A stretch of 64,000 bases of DNA from Octopus vulgaris (GCA_951406725.2 OX597833.1:18228001-18292000); one strand, 5' to 3'. Positions 1-13,907 are shown, counted from the stretch's first letter. Numbers and translations are program-made. Notes: generated from the letters alone by a model not told the origin.

Positions 1-71
1 ACCTGGGTTCTCATTCCTAAGGTATTTTTCGATGTTATTATTATTATTAGTAGTAGTATTAGTATTATTGT

Positions 72-148
72 TCAGGTCACTGCTTGGAATCGAACTCGGA
101 ATCTTGAGGTTAGTAGCCCGCACTCTTAACCACTACGCCATATGCCCG
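72..148 (-). mobile_element. tRNA-derived short repeat with (AAT)n tail
   Basis: Minus strand gggcatatggcgtagtggttaagagtgcgggctactaacctcaagattccgagttcgattcc has A/B boxes but no acceptor-stem pairing. Confidence 0.55.
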
Positions 149-463
149 AATGTAAATAATGTAAATAATGTACATAATTCCAGTCTCTTAAATATAGAAC
201 TATAATATCTAGAATTGTTCATTTTTGGTTGTCCAAGCACACAGAACACGTTTTATTGATGTGCTTATATATCCAAATTATCCCTTCCTCTTTACATGTT
301 TCGGTCAATGGACTGCGACCATGCTGGAGCACCTCATGGAAGGGCTTAGTCCAACAAATTGACCCCAGAATTTTTTTATTTGTTTTTAATCTGCCACTTA
401 TTGTATCTCTCTGTTTTATTGAATTTCTAAATTATGGAGACGTAAACAAATGCAAACCCGTTG

Positions 464-522
<59 letters not shown>

Positions 523-1269
523 AGACTTGCTTCCACACAGTTTCCTATTTCTTTATTGCCCACAAGGGGCTAAACGTAGAGAGGGCAAACAACGACAGAC
601 AAACGGATTAAGTGGATTACATCGACTCCAGTGCGTAACTGGTACTTAATTAATCGACCCCGAAAGGATGAAAGGCAAAGTCGACCTCGGCGGAATTTGA
701 ACTCAGAACGTAATGGCAGACGAAATACGGCTACGCATTTCGCCCGGCGTGCTAACGTTTCTGCCAGCTCGTTTCCGTCAACCGAATTCATTCACAAGGC
801 ATTGGTCGGCCTAGGGTTATAATGCAACACACTCTCCCAAAACGCCACGCAGTGGGTGGGAGTGAACCCCTAACCACGTGGTCGTCTTGTAAAACGAGCT
901 TCTAAACCACGCACCCATGCCTGCACCTATTGTTTAAGAACTTGTGGGTTCGTTAGTTTATTTTAACCATCATCGCTTAGACCACGCTGGAGCATATCAA
1001 ATGAACACGCCACATCATTTCGTGAGAACACATCACCTACACTCCCGCCTACAATTAGCCACCACCTACGCCTAATCACTATGCATTCATCAGTTTACAT
1101 ATTTGTGTATTCATTCGTTGCAGGAAGTCCTTTTAAGCCCCTATTTTATTCATTTACTGTTCATGACGTTATAGCTTTTGAGACAACTTGATTCACTTTT
1201 TCTGATTCATCATTAGTCACTTACAATGTTTTATATATCATATATCTAACCGACATTTTTATTTTGCAG

Positions 1270-1324
1270 TAGTAAACCAGACCTAGTTTCATCATCGAGA
1301 AAGCAGTCTTTATTGTGTGCAAAG
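1270..1324 (+). other. Candidate upstream 55-nt exon of the FGF gene
   Basis: Acceptor tttattttgcag ends 1269 and donor AAG|GTAAAT starts 1325. The frame that would join GGA ACA ATG at 10331 is open (SKPDLVSSSRKQSLLCAK). Confidence 0.4.
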
Positions 1325-1798
1325 GTAAATCTCATTCCTTTATTTACTTGCCAACAGAAATGGTTTCGTCTGTCTAAATCTTCTTTTCATGTTTTAATCT
1401 CATTTATATTTTTAGATTCTCCCAAGAACTACTAACTTTTGTTACATTTACCAGACTCCAATTACAATCTTATACGATTACGTGACTTATAACTCACCCG
1501 TCCCTTCATTAACGTGTACCATATTGAATTGCGAAAGTGTGTGGCCAAATGGCAAGGATGTGGATCTTCAGATCGTAGTTTCGATTCGCGAACCTAGAAG
1601 TGCATTGTATTCTTCAGCAAAACACTACATTTCATTTTGTTCGTGTCCACTCAGCTGTAAATGAGTAATCCTGCGACGGAGTAGTTTTCTATTTAAGAGT
1701 AAAGTTGTAATCTTGGTCGCCTGTAATGCCAAAGAAAGCGGATAACTGGATCTGTGAGGCCAAGGACTCGAGCCAGTAATATCAAGGGGAGTTAAGTC

Positions 1799-2580
1799 AG
1801 CGAGCTGGCAGAAACGTTAGCACGCCGGACGAAATGCTTTGCGGTATTACGTCTGCCGTTACGTTCTGAGTTCAAATTCCGCCGAGGTCGACTTTGCCTT
1901 TCATCCTTTCGGGGTCGATAAATTAAAGTACCAGTTACGCACTGGGGTCGATGTAATCGACTTAATACCTATGTCTGTCCTTGTTTGTCCCCTCTATGTT
2001 TAGCCCCTTGTGGGTAATAAAGAAATAGGTATTTCGTCTGCCGTTACGTTCTGAGTTCAAATTCCGCCAAGGTCGACTTTGCCTTTCATCCTTTCGGGGT
2101 CGATTAAATAAGTACCAGTTACGCACTGGGGTCGATGTAATCGACTTAATCCGTTTGTCTGTCCTTGTTTATCCTCTCTGTATTTAGCCCCTTGTGGGTA
2201 GTAAAGAAATAGGTATTTCGTCTGCCGTTACGTTGTGAGTTCAAATTCCGCCGAGGTCGACTTTACCTTTCATCCTTTCGGGGTCGATAAATTAAGTACC
2301 ATCTACGCACTGGAGTCGATGTAATCGACTTAATACCTATGTCTGTCCTTGTTTGTCCCTTCTATGTTTAGCCCCTTGTGGGTAATAAAGAAATAGGTAT
2401 TTCGTCTGTCTTTATGTTCTGAGTTCAAATTCAGCCGAGGTCGACTTTGCCTTTCATCCTTTCGGGGTCGATAAATTAAGTACCACTTACGCACTGGGGC
2501 CGATATAATCGACTTAATCCGTTTGTCTGTCCTTGTTTGCCCCCTCTGTGTTTAGCCCCTTGTGGGCAGTAAAGAAATAA
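1799..2580 (+). mobile_element. tRNA-derived SINE family A (Nin/Deu-like core), head plus four ~180-bp tandem units
   Basis: Head gcgagctggcagaaacgttagcacgcc, B-box-like gagttcaaattcc, core gactttgcctttcatcctttcggggtcgataaattaagtaccag. Units rejoin at aaagaaata|ggtatttcgtc. Confidence 0.8.
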
Positions 2581-4771
2581 GAACAGTTGGCTCGTCGAGC
2601 AAAATGCTTAGCAGCGTTTCGTCCGTCTTCACGTTCTGAGTTCAAATTCCACCGAGGTCGACTTTGCCTTTTATCCTTTCGGAGTCAATAAAATAAGTAC
2701 CAGTTTAGTACTGGGGTCGATCTTATCGACCACCCTCTCACCCAGATTTCAGGCCTTGTGCCTATAATAGAAAGGATTATTATTAGTATTATTATGGCAG
2801 CGATCTCGCAGAGTTGTTAGCACGCCGGGAAAATGCTTGGCGGTTTTTCGTCCGTCTTTACGTTCTGAGTTCAAATTCTGCCAAGGTCGACTTTGCTCTT
2901 CATCCTTTCGGTTTCGATAAAATAAGTACCAGTCGAGTACTGGGGTCGATTTAATCGACTATCCCCTCTCCCAAATTTCAGACTCCTGTGCCTATAGTAG
3001 AAAGAGAAAGTTCATTAACGTTTCCGACATCAGTGCTTCTTCAAATGAAAACGAGAAGCATATAAGAAATGAGAAAGAGAAGTAACGAGGAGAAAAGAGG
3101 CGAAGGAACCAGAGGGAAATGCTATTCTATGAGGTAGTAAAGAAAGAAGGAAGAAACCGCTGTGTAGATGCAAGTATAAGAGTGAGTCTGCGCTTGGAAG
3201 TCGTATAAGAAGAGAATATTGTGATTATCGTGAGCACGTGTGTATATCTCTTATATAAAATCCGTTCTGTCTGTTTGTCTGTGTGTGTGTTTTCTAGGAT
3301 CTCGGGCATCCTCCATCCGATTGTGCTCACATTTGATATGTAAATAGCGACGGTATCAGGGCGTGTATAAGTCTTGAAAAAAATTATAAAAATCGATTCC
3401 AGGTAAGAATGCGATCGATAAAGCCGTGGGAACGTGCATTTATACGCGCAAGTATATAGTTCCCTAGGTTGTTGCTTTTCATTAAAAATCGCCCCAAGTT
3501 GGTTTCCTACATGTTTTATCGGATAAACTTATTGTCCCATCTACGTTCTCATAAATTCATCATGCCTTTCCATCTAGATTTACCTCCAGCTAACCCATTT
3601 GCATGCATCGTTTTTGTCCTGCTTTTCTTACGTCAACCTGTACATAACTGCACCTTCCATTTTTTGTTGTTTTTGTACTGCTTAAAAACACGTTTCTTTC
3701 CTGCCAAGCTTACTATTTAAACCATGTTTGTGTTCTCCCAGTCAACAGCCTTATCATTACTGGTACTTTAAACTCTTCGGTTGCATATTTGTGTGAATAA
3801 AATCGTTTTTCTTTAGAATAGAAAAAAAGTCTATCTTTATTTCTTCTTTTGCTGGTGTCTCAAATTTAGGTTAAATCAGTGATTCTCAAAGACAAGTTGT
3901 TTTGAGAAAATTTCGGACAAGTTGTTTTGAGAAAATTTCGTTTAAATGTTTGACATGAGTTTGACATTGGACGGGATGCGTTTTGCTTGTGTATATAAAT
4001 AGCGACATGGAAGTGTAATGGCGGTAGTTAGTGGGTGTATGGGTATTAGAGTTTGTTAGATGGGCGGTGTGAAAGCATGTCTGTGAGGAAGTGAGAGATA
4101 GTTGCGAGTGTGAGCTAACGATATTGATAAGACACGTGTGTGTGTGTGTTTCGAAATTGCATACTGGTGAAAGATATAAAGATCGGCAACAAACTTACAA
4201 TCATTCAAGTCGTTAGAAATTCAGTGAACTGGCGGAGACTGTCCTGCTGAAAGCCTGCATCCAACGATGACATTATCGGTTTAAGTCATTGAACTGTGGC
4301 CATGTCTGAGCGCCCTCTTGAAGGATTTAATCCAACAAATCAATAACAATATTTTTTTTTTATTAAAATTTGGTACTTACTTTTTCGGGCTCTTTTACCG
4401 AATCGCTAAAATTACGGGAACGAAAACAGACCAACATCGGTTGTCGTGTGGTGAGGAGCAACCACAAACGCGCGCACCCATATATTTATTTATACATGAC
4501 TATCTTCCACATGGTTTACGTCTACCAAATTCACTCACATGGTGTTGGTTGGTCCGGGACCATAATAGAAAACACTTGCCCGAGGTGCCCCGCAATGGGA
4601 CTGAACCCGAAATCACGTGGTTACAAAGGAAGCTTCTTAACCACACACATATGCCTGCACAATCGATCGCAAATTACCAATAACAACTAAAAACATTGGT
4701 CTATATCATATACATCAAAGAAGAAATAATTTTAAAGTTTTCTGGTCTAACCTAAATTAGTCAACTAAAAT

Positions 4772-5247
4772 GGCGGCGAGTTGGCAGAAACGTTAGCACG
4801 CCGGGCGAAATGCGTAGCCTTATTTCGTCTGCCGTTACGTTCTGAGTTCAAATTCCGCCGAGGTCGACTTTGCCTTTCATCCTTTCGAGGTCGATAAATT
4901 AAGTACCAGTTACGCACTGGGGTCAACGTAATCGACTTAATCCGTCTGTCTGTCCTTGTTTGTCTCCTCTGTGTTTAGCCCCTTGTGGGTAGTAAAGAAA
5001 TAGGTATTTCGTCTGTCGTTACGTTCTAAGTTCAAATTCCGCCGAGGTCGACTTTGCCTTTCATCCTTTCGAGGTCGATAAATTAAGTACCAGTTACGCC
5101 CTGGGGTCAATGTAATCGACTTAATCCGTCTGTCTGTCCTTGTTTGTCTCCTCTGTGTTTAGCCCCTTGTGGGTAGTAAAGAAATGGGTACTTCGTCTGT
5201 ATTTACGTTCTGAGTTTAAATTCCGCCAAGGTCGACTTTGCCTTTCA
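4772..5247 (+). mobile_element. SINE family A multimer (~2.4 units)
   Basis: Same head, core and unit junction as 1799-2580. Confidence 0.8.
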
Positions 5248-7149
5248 CATATTTCATCAGATGTCTCTTTATAGAGCTTGAATCAAATACTTTTGGTGGA
5301 TATGAGATACTGAAAAAGTATTGTAAAAACAAACAAATATCAATTCTAAATTTTGGTGGATAATTGACATCATTAAGAGCATGCCCATGATATTTAAGTA
5401 TTTAGTCAAAGGCTAACGGCTGGCGTGAAACAGTGGTGCCCAACGCGGATCTATTCGAAAAGGGTAAGGTAATAGATAGAGTGTAAAAATCGCCATGCTT
5501 GGTCCCTAGTTGCTTTTCATAACGTTGCCAGACATACACAAATGATACCCAACTGACCCCACCCAGTAGCCATGCTGACTTCACTAAACTGATACTGGAG
5601 GTAAAGATAAACAATGATATGCGTTCAGTGAGATCCTGACCACATACATCTGGCTGATAGATAATAACTTGTCGTCCAACTCCACAAAAATTCTCTGTCC
5701 TCCATTATGCAAGGTAGATAGATCGCCAATGAAATGTCTACCTTATCCCAAAATAAGGAAACAATTCAAAACTCTGATCATGTTCATGACCTGGTAACAG
5801 CTCTATTTAAAGATGAATGTTTTCCAAGACATATTTACAAGTTGTTCACAGCCTGTTCAAATCGCAGAGGCTTATTCCAAAGAATTATGAAAAGCAGTCA
5901 AAATTTCCCTTGGGCTGGTTCATGGACGCTGGATTTTCTAGGAAACGCGGCTAAATTACCTCAAACCTTACCCTATCATCTTTAACAGAAAAGGGCTGAA
6001 TTCAAATATGTGAAAGGTGAAGTCGACTTCGGCGGAATTTTAATTCAGAACGTAAAGACAGACGAAATACCTATTTCTTTATTATCCACAAGGGGCTAAA
6101 CATAGAGGGGGACAAACAAGGACAGATATAGGTATTAAGTCGATTACATCGATCCCGGTGCGTTACTGGTACTTAATTTATCGACCCCGAAAGAATGAAA
6201 GGCAAAGTCGACCTCGGCGGAATTTGAATTCACAACGTAATGACACGAAATACCACTAAGCATTTCGCTCGGCGTGCTAACGTTTCTCATTTCTTTACTG
6301 CCCACAAGGGGCTACACACAAAGGGGACAAACAAGGACCGACAAACAGATTAAGTCTAATGTAACTCCCAAAAGACTGAATCTCTTTGATCATAGGTCCC
6401 TCTTTGTAGATCTGACGTGGACTTAACTCTTTTGCTACCATATTTTTTTTTAAATACCACTGACTTTGTGCCAATTAATTTTGAAAGTAATGAAGAATTT
6501 TACAGAATAACTTTTTCATTGCTGAGCTGAAGTTTGGAACGTTTTAATTTTTGCTGTTTGGGATATTTAAATTTTTGATCTCTTTAGAGCAAGAAGTTTG
6601 TTTCATGGAACCAGGCACAGTCTCGGACAGATCGAGATCAAAGGGGGATTGAAACATCAACCCATATAGGACAACACATAACCATCACACCGTAACACAA
6701 TACGCAACACACGACACAGTCAAACAACACTACAACGCAACAGAGTTATTCTACAGCGCAACACGGTTGTACAACAACACGTCAAAATCATACAACACAG
6801 CAAAATGATATCTCATTAATGCATCGTCATGCCAGAGCAAACCACTGCCGTGTTTCGGCGCAGTCGCAAAATGTCATAGAACATAACGCTTTACGTAACA
6901 ATACTTATGAATGCGCGTATGAATAAATATGCAAATTCGCACACGTGAGTGTGTTAAAATCGCTGGTAGAAAAAACCTGAAACTTTTGAATTATTCCTAG
7001 GTCATATTCAGGAAAAATGACTCTTGGGAATTTGAACTAGACAGAGCAGTACCTACCGACCCACCCACCCACCTACGTACTTACCTACCTACCTAACTAC
7101 CTATGCACATGTGTATGCCTGTATGTATGTATGTATGTATGTATGTATG

Positions 7150-7222
<73 letters not shown>

Positions 7223-7283
7223 GTATGTACGTACACGCACACACACATACAAACACATACACACACAGATACACAGACACACA

Positions 7284-7337
<54 letters not shown>

Positions 7338-7484
7338 AATCCCAAAAATGGAACAAGAATGCAACAGACGACAATAAAATATCTGGACAGAGATGATGCG
7401 AAGACAGACATATATATATATGTGTGTATATGTATATATATATAAGTGTGTATGTATGTATATGTATATATATGTAAATGTATA

Positions 7485-7861
7485 TCTCTCAAACGGCAGT
7501 TTGTCTGTGCGTGTTCCTGTGTGTCTGTTTTCTCGTACCCTCACCCTGACCACGGCTTTCAACCGATTCTGATGAAACTTGACACACACATAGCCCAATG
7601 TCATAATTCAAAACTAACGCAGCGAAAATTTTGAAAAGTTCCCCCAGTTCTGAAAAAAATCGATAAATTCGACATGGGGTCGAGAATCAGAAACACGAAC
7701 CACAAACTGTCTAGGGGACGCAACTCCACCTTTTTTAAATCTCAAAAAAAAATTTACCATCATTTTTTTCCATTTTTTGCTATTTTTTGGCTATAACTCT
7801 CTAAAAATTCTTTATAGTTATTTCCCTTACAAACCTGAGCAACGCCGGGCGATACTGCTAG
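7485..7861 (+). mobile_element. Non-autonomous Helitron-type element
   Basis: Starts TC after A (tctctcaaacggcagtttgtctg). Ends with GC-rich hairpin cctgagcaacgccggg and CTAG (7858-61) before T. Sits in (TA)n. Confidence 0.65.
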
Positions 7862-7889
7862 TATATATATATATATATATGAATATATG

Positions 7890-7944
<55 letters not shown>

Positions 7945-8132
7945 GTTTATACACATATTCGCTTGTGTTTATAAGCATAAAGAAGCAAGAATATAAATCA
8001 GTATAACCTATTTCGACCTTCAAGTCCTTACCTAAGGTTTCATATAGTTGACTTCGTAATAGCGGGATGTGTAATCTACGTTTGCGTGGAAACGATACCT
8101 GAATGCGTCAGCTGTGCAATAAAACTTTCTAG

Positions 8133-8251
<119 letters not shown>

Positions 8252-8356
8252 CACATACACACACACTCACATATACTCACATGTAATCCCACCTCTCACG
8301 TGCATAGGAAACAAATCGACTGAATATGGAAATTGTATGAATAATTGTGACTGAAT

Positions 8357-8397
<41 letters not shown>

Positions 8398-8844
8398 AAG
8401 GTGGTGGTGGTTGTGGTGGTGGTGTAACTGCTTCTGTGCGAAACGTAATTAGCTGCGAGCCATCAATCCTCATTTATTTTCTCTGGCACTTCCACTCATT
8501 CCCCTACGTCATTCACCTGCCTTCTAAATATCCTTCTTAAACGTTGAGAGACTGCGTCAGGTTTTTTTTCTTTACTCATTTCATTCTCAGGTGGTGGATG
8601 TCTCATTTTGTACCCACCCCCATACACACACACACGCACACACTTTCTATTCATCTTACAAAAATTTGGTTATCATTTTACGATATACCCTAATGGTGAG
8701 AGTTTTCTTTCTATCATACATTCTTTCTCCCTTCTTTTCCTTCTTTCTTCCCTTCCTTTCCTTGTATCATCTATAAAACAATCCCTCATTTAAGGTTCAT
8801 ACAAATACAACCAGAGAACGGTTGTATCCCGTGTTTTTTTTATA

Positions 8845-9450
8845 GGATCTTTACCTTTTGACCTACAGATTTAAAAAAAAATAATTTTCTGTAACTAAAC
8901 ACTTTCAAACTTCGGACACTGGTAGAATGTGTCACATAAAACATCTTTTACTCTTAGCATTTTTGAGAAAAACTTATATTTACGACGTTATTTCGTGTTA
9001 AAGTTGTCGTATTTCGGTAATTTCAACCAATCAATGACGTGTATTCAGCTGAATAAAATTACTGCCGTTGTTTGTCAACAACTATCGACGGTGTATTTTT
9101 CGTCTGTCACTGTTATTCATGACATCGTTCGTGCGTTTGTACTGGTTTTAAGGTTTTAGGGTTAGGGTTTTAGGGTTAGGGTTTTAGGGTTAGGGTTTTA
9201 GGGTTAGGGTTTTAGGGTTAGGGTTTTAGGGTTAAGGTTTTAGGGTTAGGGTTAGGGTTAGGGTTAAAGTTTTAGGGTTACGGTTAGGGCTTTAGGGTTA
9301 GGGTTGGGATTTTAGGGTTAAGGTTGTTTTGGATGACACATTTTAGGGTTAAGGTTGTTATATATGACACATTCCACCAGTGCCCGAAGTTTGAAAGTGT
9401 TTAGTTACAAAAAATTATTTTTTAAATCTGTAGGTCAAAAGGTAAAATCC
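8845..9450. mobile_element. MITE with ~95-bp TIRs (GGAT...ATCC), 8-bp TSD and internal telomere-like array
   Basis: ggatctttaccttttgacctacagatttaaaaaa... is mirrored by ...tttaaatctgtaggtcaaaaggtaaaatcc. TTTTTATA is duplicated at 8837-8844 and 9451-9458. Confidence 0.8.
9144..9354 (+). repeat. Telomere-like array of alternating TTAGGG / TTTTAGGG
   Basis: 14-bp higher-order unit (TTTTAGGGTTAGGG)n with a short pure (TTAGGG)n stretch. Confidence 0.9.
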
Positions 9451-10336
9451 TTTTTATATATTAAAGTGTAGCCCGTTCTTCATTATCCAACGACTCTTAT
9501 TATTTTTAGGATGATAGGTTGTGATTTGAGGGTGGTATTGATGCTGTTTCCCTCTATTCCGAGTGACCGCATAGACGTTGTCTCATTATCTCATTGGCTG
9601 AGTCAAAATGGATGAGGTGTCACTGCAGTATCCAGTTTTGTCACACTTGGATCATGGTTCAAATCACAGTGGAATATATTTCGTTTTTCATTCTTTCGTA
9701 TAGCTGGGTCGATTAAACGGAAATACCAGTGATACACTGGGCGCCTGTTAAATACTTGTCATATACTGGGGTTTAGTCGGTTACTTTAATTTTCCGCCCT
9801 TCGATTTTCGTACTTCATAAAAAGAAATATTACTGGTACATCATCGATTTTCTGGAACCGTTAGTTCCAAAGCCTTCCCGATTTGACTGATTTTTTGCGA
9901 AATACGGGTGGTCACCTTGGTCAACACATTCTACATTAAACAAATACTATCAGGTCATCCCATAAGTTCTGTCCGATTTTACCTTTTTTTTAAAATCGAA
10001 TGAAATTTAATAGTATTTTAGAATGTCTAATGGCATTAAAAATGATTTTTATGCATTTGTGTACATTTAAACTAATTAAATATTATTTTACAGAATAATA
10101 GAATTAAAATTTCTTTGATTAAAACCCTTTCTAACATCGAAGTATCCAAAGAGCATTTGAGGCACATAATACTAACAAGGTTTTGGTCGACCAGAGGCTC
10201 CATAGCAGAAGACATTTACCCAAAGAGCCACGCAGTAGGACCGAACCCAGGACCGTGAGTTTGGGAAGTAAACTAAACTTCTTTACCACACAGCCACACC
10301 TAAAAATATTTGTTACTTTTATCTTTACAGGGAACA

Positions 10337-10499
10337 ATGACTTTGGAAGAACCAATTCCATTACCTAACGATTTCAGATTCAATCCAAACCCGAACAAAT
10401 GGCAACCTACGAAGAAATTGATCAGTCGGACAGGTTATTTCTTATGCATCAACGAAGATGGACTCGTATACAGCAGCATCGAACACGTGGATTGCAACG
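10337..10499 (+). CDS. FGF: Fibroblast growth factor, first core coding exon (exon begins 10331 after acceptor ctttacag)
   Basis: MTLEEPIPLP...KKLISRTGYFLCINEDGLVYS matches the N-terminal FGF beta-trefoil strands (cf. LYCRTGFHL-I-P-G-V). Donor G|GTAGGT at 10500, phase 1. Confidence 0.85.
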
Positions 10500-10554
10500 G
10501 TAGGTTTAGCTTTGACAGAATGGTTCTGTTCAGGGGAAAAAAAAATAATGAAGA

Positions 10555-11260
10555 CGGCGAGCTGGCAGAAACGTTAGCACGCCGGGCGAAATGCTTTGTG
10601 GTATTTCGTCTGCCGCTACGTTCTGAGTTCAAATTCCGCCGATGTCTACTTCGCCTTTCATCCTTTCGGAGTCGATAAATTAAGTACCAGTTACGCACTG
10701 GGATCGATGTAATCGACTTAATACCTTTGTCTGTCCTTGTTTGTCCCCTCTATGTTTAGCCCCTTGTGGGCAATAAAGAAATAAGAATGGTTCTGTTTCA
10801 TGAAAGAATGGTTCTGTTCAGGGGGAGAAAAAAAAAAAAGAAAGCCGTGGAGCTGGCAGAAACGTTAGCACGCCGAGCGAAATGCTTTGCGGTATTGCGT
10901 CTGCCGCTACGTTCTGAGTTCAAATTCAGCCGAGGTCAACTTTGCCTTTCATCCTTTCGGGGTCGATTAAATAAGTAGCAGTTACGCACTGGGGTCGATA
11001 TAATCGACTTAATCCGTTTGTCTGTTCTTGTTTGTTTCTTTTGTGTTTAGCCCCTTGTGAGTAGTAAAGAAATAGGTATTTCGTCTGCCGTTACGTTCCG
11101 AGTTCAAATTCCGCCGAGGTCGACTTTCCCTTTCATCCTTTCGAGGTCGATTAAATAAGTACCAGTTACGCACTGGGGTCGATGTAATCGACTTAATCCG
11201 TTTGTCTGTCCTTGTTTGTCCCCTCTATGTTTAGCCCTTTGTGGGCAATAAAGAAATAAG
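10555..11260 (+). mobile_element. SINE family A monomer plus dimer in FGF intron 1
   Basis: Same sequence family. The copies are bounded by repeats of agaatggttctgtt(t)ca (10517, 10784, 10805, 11259). Confidence 0.8.
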
Positions 11261-13321
11261 AATGGTTCTGTTTCATCTTTGGTTACTTGTGCTCCCTAAT
11301 ACTTTCTGAACGTTACTAGGACAGTGAGCTGGCGGAATCTTTCGCACACCGAACAAAAAGCTTAAGGGCAGAATGCTTGCCGTTCTTAGTTCAAATCTCG
11401 CCGAGGTCGACTAAGCCTTTTATTCTTTCCGGGCTAATAAAATAGGTACCATTTAGACACTGGGGTTGATGTAATCGACTTACCTCTTCCTCGTATTTGC
11501 TGACCTTGTGCCCAAATTTTACACCTATATTTTGGAGTGCTTCAGCTAGCTGATCAAACAGTCAAAATTAGTAAAGTGATGATGAACAGTTTTTTTTAAA
11601 GATGTTTAGTTATGTTCTTTTATCTTTTATTTGTTTCAGTCACTAGACTGTGGCCATGCTGAGGCACCGCCTTGAAGAATTTCATTTGAACGAATGGATC
11701 CCAGAACTTTATTTTGACGCCTAATACTTATTCTATCGGCGTTACGAAGGCGTGTGCAAACCATACCGATTGACAAGCGGTGGTGGAGGACAAACACACA
11801 ATCATTTTAGGAAGTTAAAAGTTATGACCGATCATAGAGTGAGCGTTGGTTATGGTCGATCATAGAGTGAGCACCTATAAAACGCTTAGCAGTATAAGGC
11901 GACTCATTAGACTCAAATGGCTGAAGGCGCATAACCTCTCTACAACCGAAGGAAGAGATACATAAGAGTCAGTTGGTTTTGTAAACAAGAAATAATCTGT
12001 CCCTGCTGGGGGCGGGACGGGGTTATCCTCCTTACATCGACTCCGGTGTTTGTAAGTTTACGCCTCTGTACATAGCTGTTTGGCAAAAAAAAAATCCTAT
12101 AAAATTATTTCTAGACTTAAAGAGAAAAGTAAGTACTATGGTAGTTTTGTTCAAGCAACACCCTTCAAGGCAGTGCCCCAGCATGGTCGGAGTCCAGTGA
12201 CCTAAACAAGTAAAAGGAAGTAAATAAGTACAAAACAGCCCCTAAAAAAGCACTATAGCGATAAAATAGCCCAGTATTGATAAAGCAGTAGGTTCAAGAC
12301 CTATGCACTTCTATAAAAATTGAAAAAATTTGAAGTAAGTAAATACACCTTTGAAAGTATAATGGCGAAAAATCATACTTTAGTAATCACGAAGCGATAA
12401 ATGATATCCTTAGAAATTTCGCTGGTCATGTTCTGTATTTGGCTTAGACAGGAAGTACCGACATTCGAAAGAGAGGATATAAGTAATATCTTTACGTTCT
12501 TGCCTTTGAGACGCCAGTCCATCGCAGCGTTACTCAAGAAACAGTGAGAGAAAGTTGGGGCGAAAGAGTACAACAGGGGCTGCCAAACCCCCTGCCGGAG
12601 CCTCGTGGAGTTTTAGGTGTTTTCGCTCAATAAACATACACAACGTCCGGTCTGGGAATCGAAACCGCGATCCTCCAACCGCGAGTTCCGCTGCCCTAAT
12701 CACTGGGCCATTGCGCCTCCAGTTAGCTAGCTTGATATAGATATCAATTTGATGTACATTTACAAATTTTGTACATTTTGTATATAAGCTTATTCAAGCC
12801 GAAAAATAACTTACAATCTTCCACGCCAATGATAATCACGTACGAGAATAAAATCTACGTTATTGGCAGTACATGAAGTAACATCTTTTTCTAGTTACTT
12901 GGTGGTGGTGGTGGGGGGAGTATGAATATTCTGAATTATTATATAGAGTGTCAATGCATTAGATGTTTGTAACGAATATGATAGAAGTAGTAAAAATAAT
13001 AGCGAATCAAAATATATTAGATTAACGATACTGCTTATCTTTATACCACGTGTAGCAGCAGGGACAGTAATTCTTATATGGTAACCATAATAATCATGCT
13101 GTTCGTGATAGGTTCACTAATATTGTTATAGTTCATAATATCGAGACTACCAAATCTGTAGTTATGGAGGCGCAATGGCCCAGTGGTTAGAATAAATATC
13201 GGTCTTGAAATAAAGTGAAAGACGTACTGAGGGTTGATTCATTCGACAGAAAATTCTTCATGGTCGCAGTCTAATGACTGAAACAAGTAAAATATAAAAG
13301 GAGAGTGTAAAAATTTTCAGT

Positions 13322-13625
13322 GGACGCGCAATGGCCCAGTGGTTAGGGCAGCCGACTCGCGGTCGGGGGATCGCGGTTTCGATTCCCAGACCGGGCGTTG
13401 TGTGTGTTTATTGAGCGAAAATACCTAAAGCTCCACGAGGCTTGACAGGGAGTGGTGGCGACCCCTATTGTACTCTTTCGCCCCAACTTTCTCTCACTCT
13501 CTCTTCCTGTTTCTTGAGTAATGCTGCGATGGACAGGCGCCCCGTCCAGCTGGGGGGAGCACATACGCCACAGAAACCGGGAGACCGGGCACATGAGCCT
13601 GGCTAGGCTTGAAAAGGGCGCAGAA
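13322..13625 (+). mobile_element. tRNA(Arg)-like SINE family C
   Basis: ggacgcgcaatggcccagtggttagggcagccgactcgcggtcggggga tcgcggtttcgattccc has A/B boxes and continues into a shared non-tRNA body. Also at ~36815-37120 (+), 12500-12720, 31987-32281 and 61400-61603 (-). Confidence 0.78.
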
Positions 13626-13907
13626 AAAAAATGTGTTGTTAAACAATCAATTGCCTTCGGTTTCAGTCCTACTGTGCGGCATTTTGTGCAAGGGTCTTGT
13701 ACTATAGACCCAGGTTAACTAATGCCTGCGAGTGAACTTGGTAGGACGGAAATTGTGTGGAATCCTGTCGTATGTATGCGTCCCAACCATATAGTCCCAG
13801 GTCAGTCCCACTGCATGGCATCTTGGGCACGTGTCTTCAACTATAGCATTAGGCTGACCAAAGCCTTGTGAGTGGACTTAGTAGATGGAAACTGAAAGAA
13901 GTCCATC

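Noticed and set aside
3012-3045. Additional minus-strand hammerhead (ttgaaga...gaaacgtta)
   Set aside because: Core C3 is missing and stem II does not pair. At best a highly decayed relic.
5734-5985. 83-aa ORF in non-repetitive DNA inside the putative FGF 5' intron
   Set aside because: No recognisable domain or convincing splice context, so it cannot be supported without a search.
7565-7585. CTGATGA hits here and at ~30502, 37171, 47500 and 62816
   Set aside because: No paired stem II followed by GAAA and a stem III/UH. Expected chance 7-mers.
9144-9354. True telomere or chromosome-fusion scar
   Set aside because: Short, single orientation, mixed units, and enclosed by TIRs with a TSD.
10500-10678. 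C-terminal part of ORF 10310..10678 as FGF coding sequence
   Set aside because: Lies past the splice donor at 10500 and reads into SINE A.
13322-13395. Functional tRNA gene (also 72-148 and 36815-36885)
   Set aside because: Acceptor stem does not pair, and the sequence continues into a multi-copy SINE body or a simple-repeat tail.
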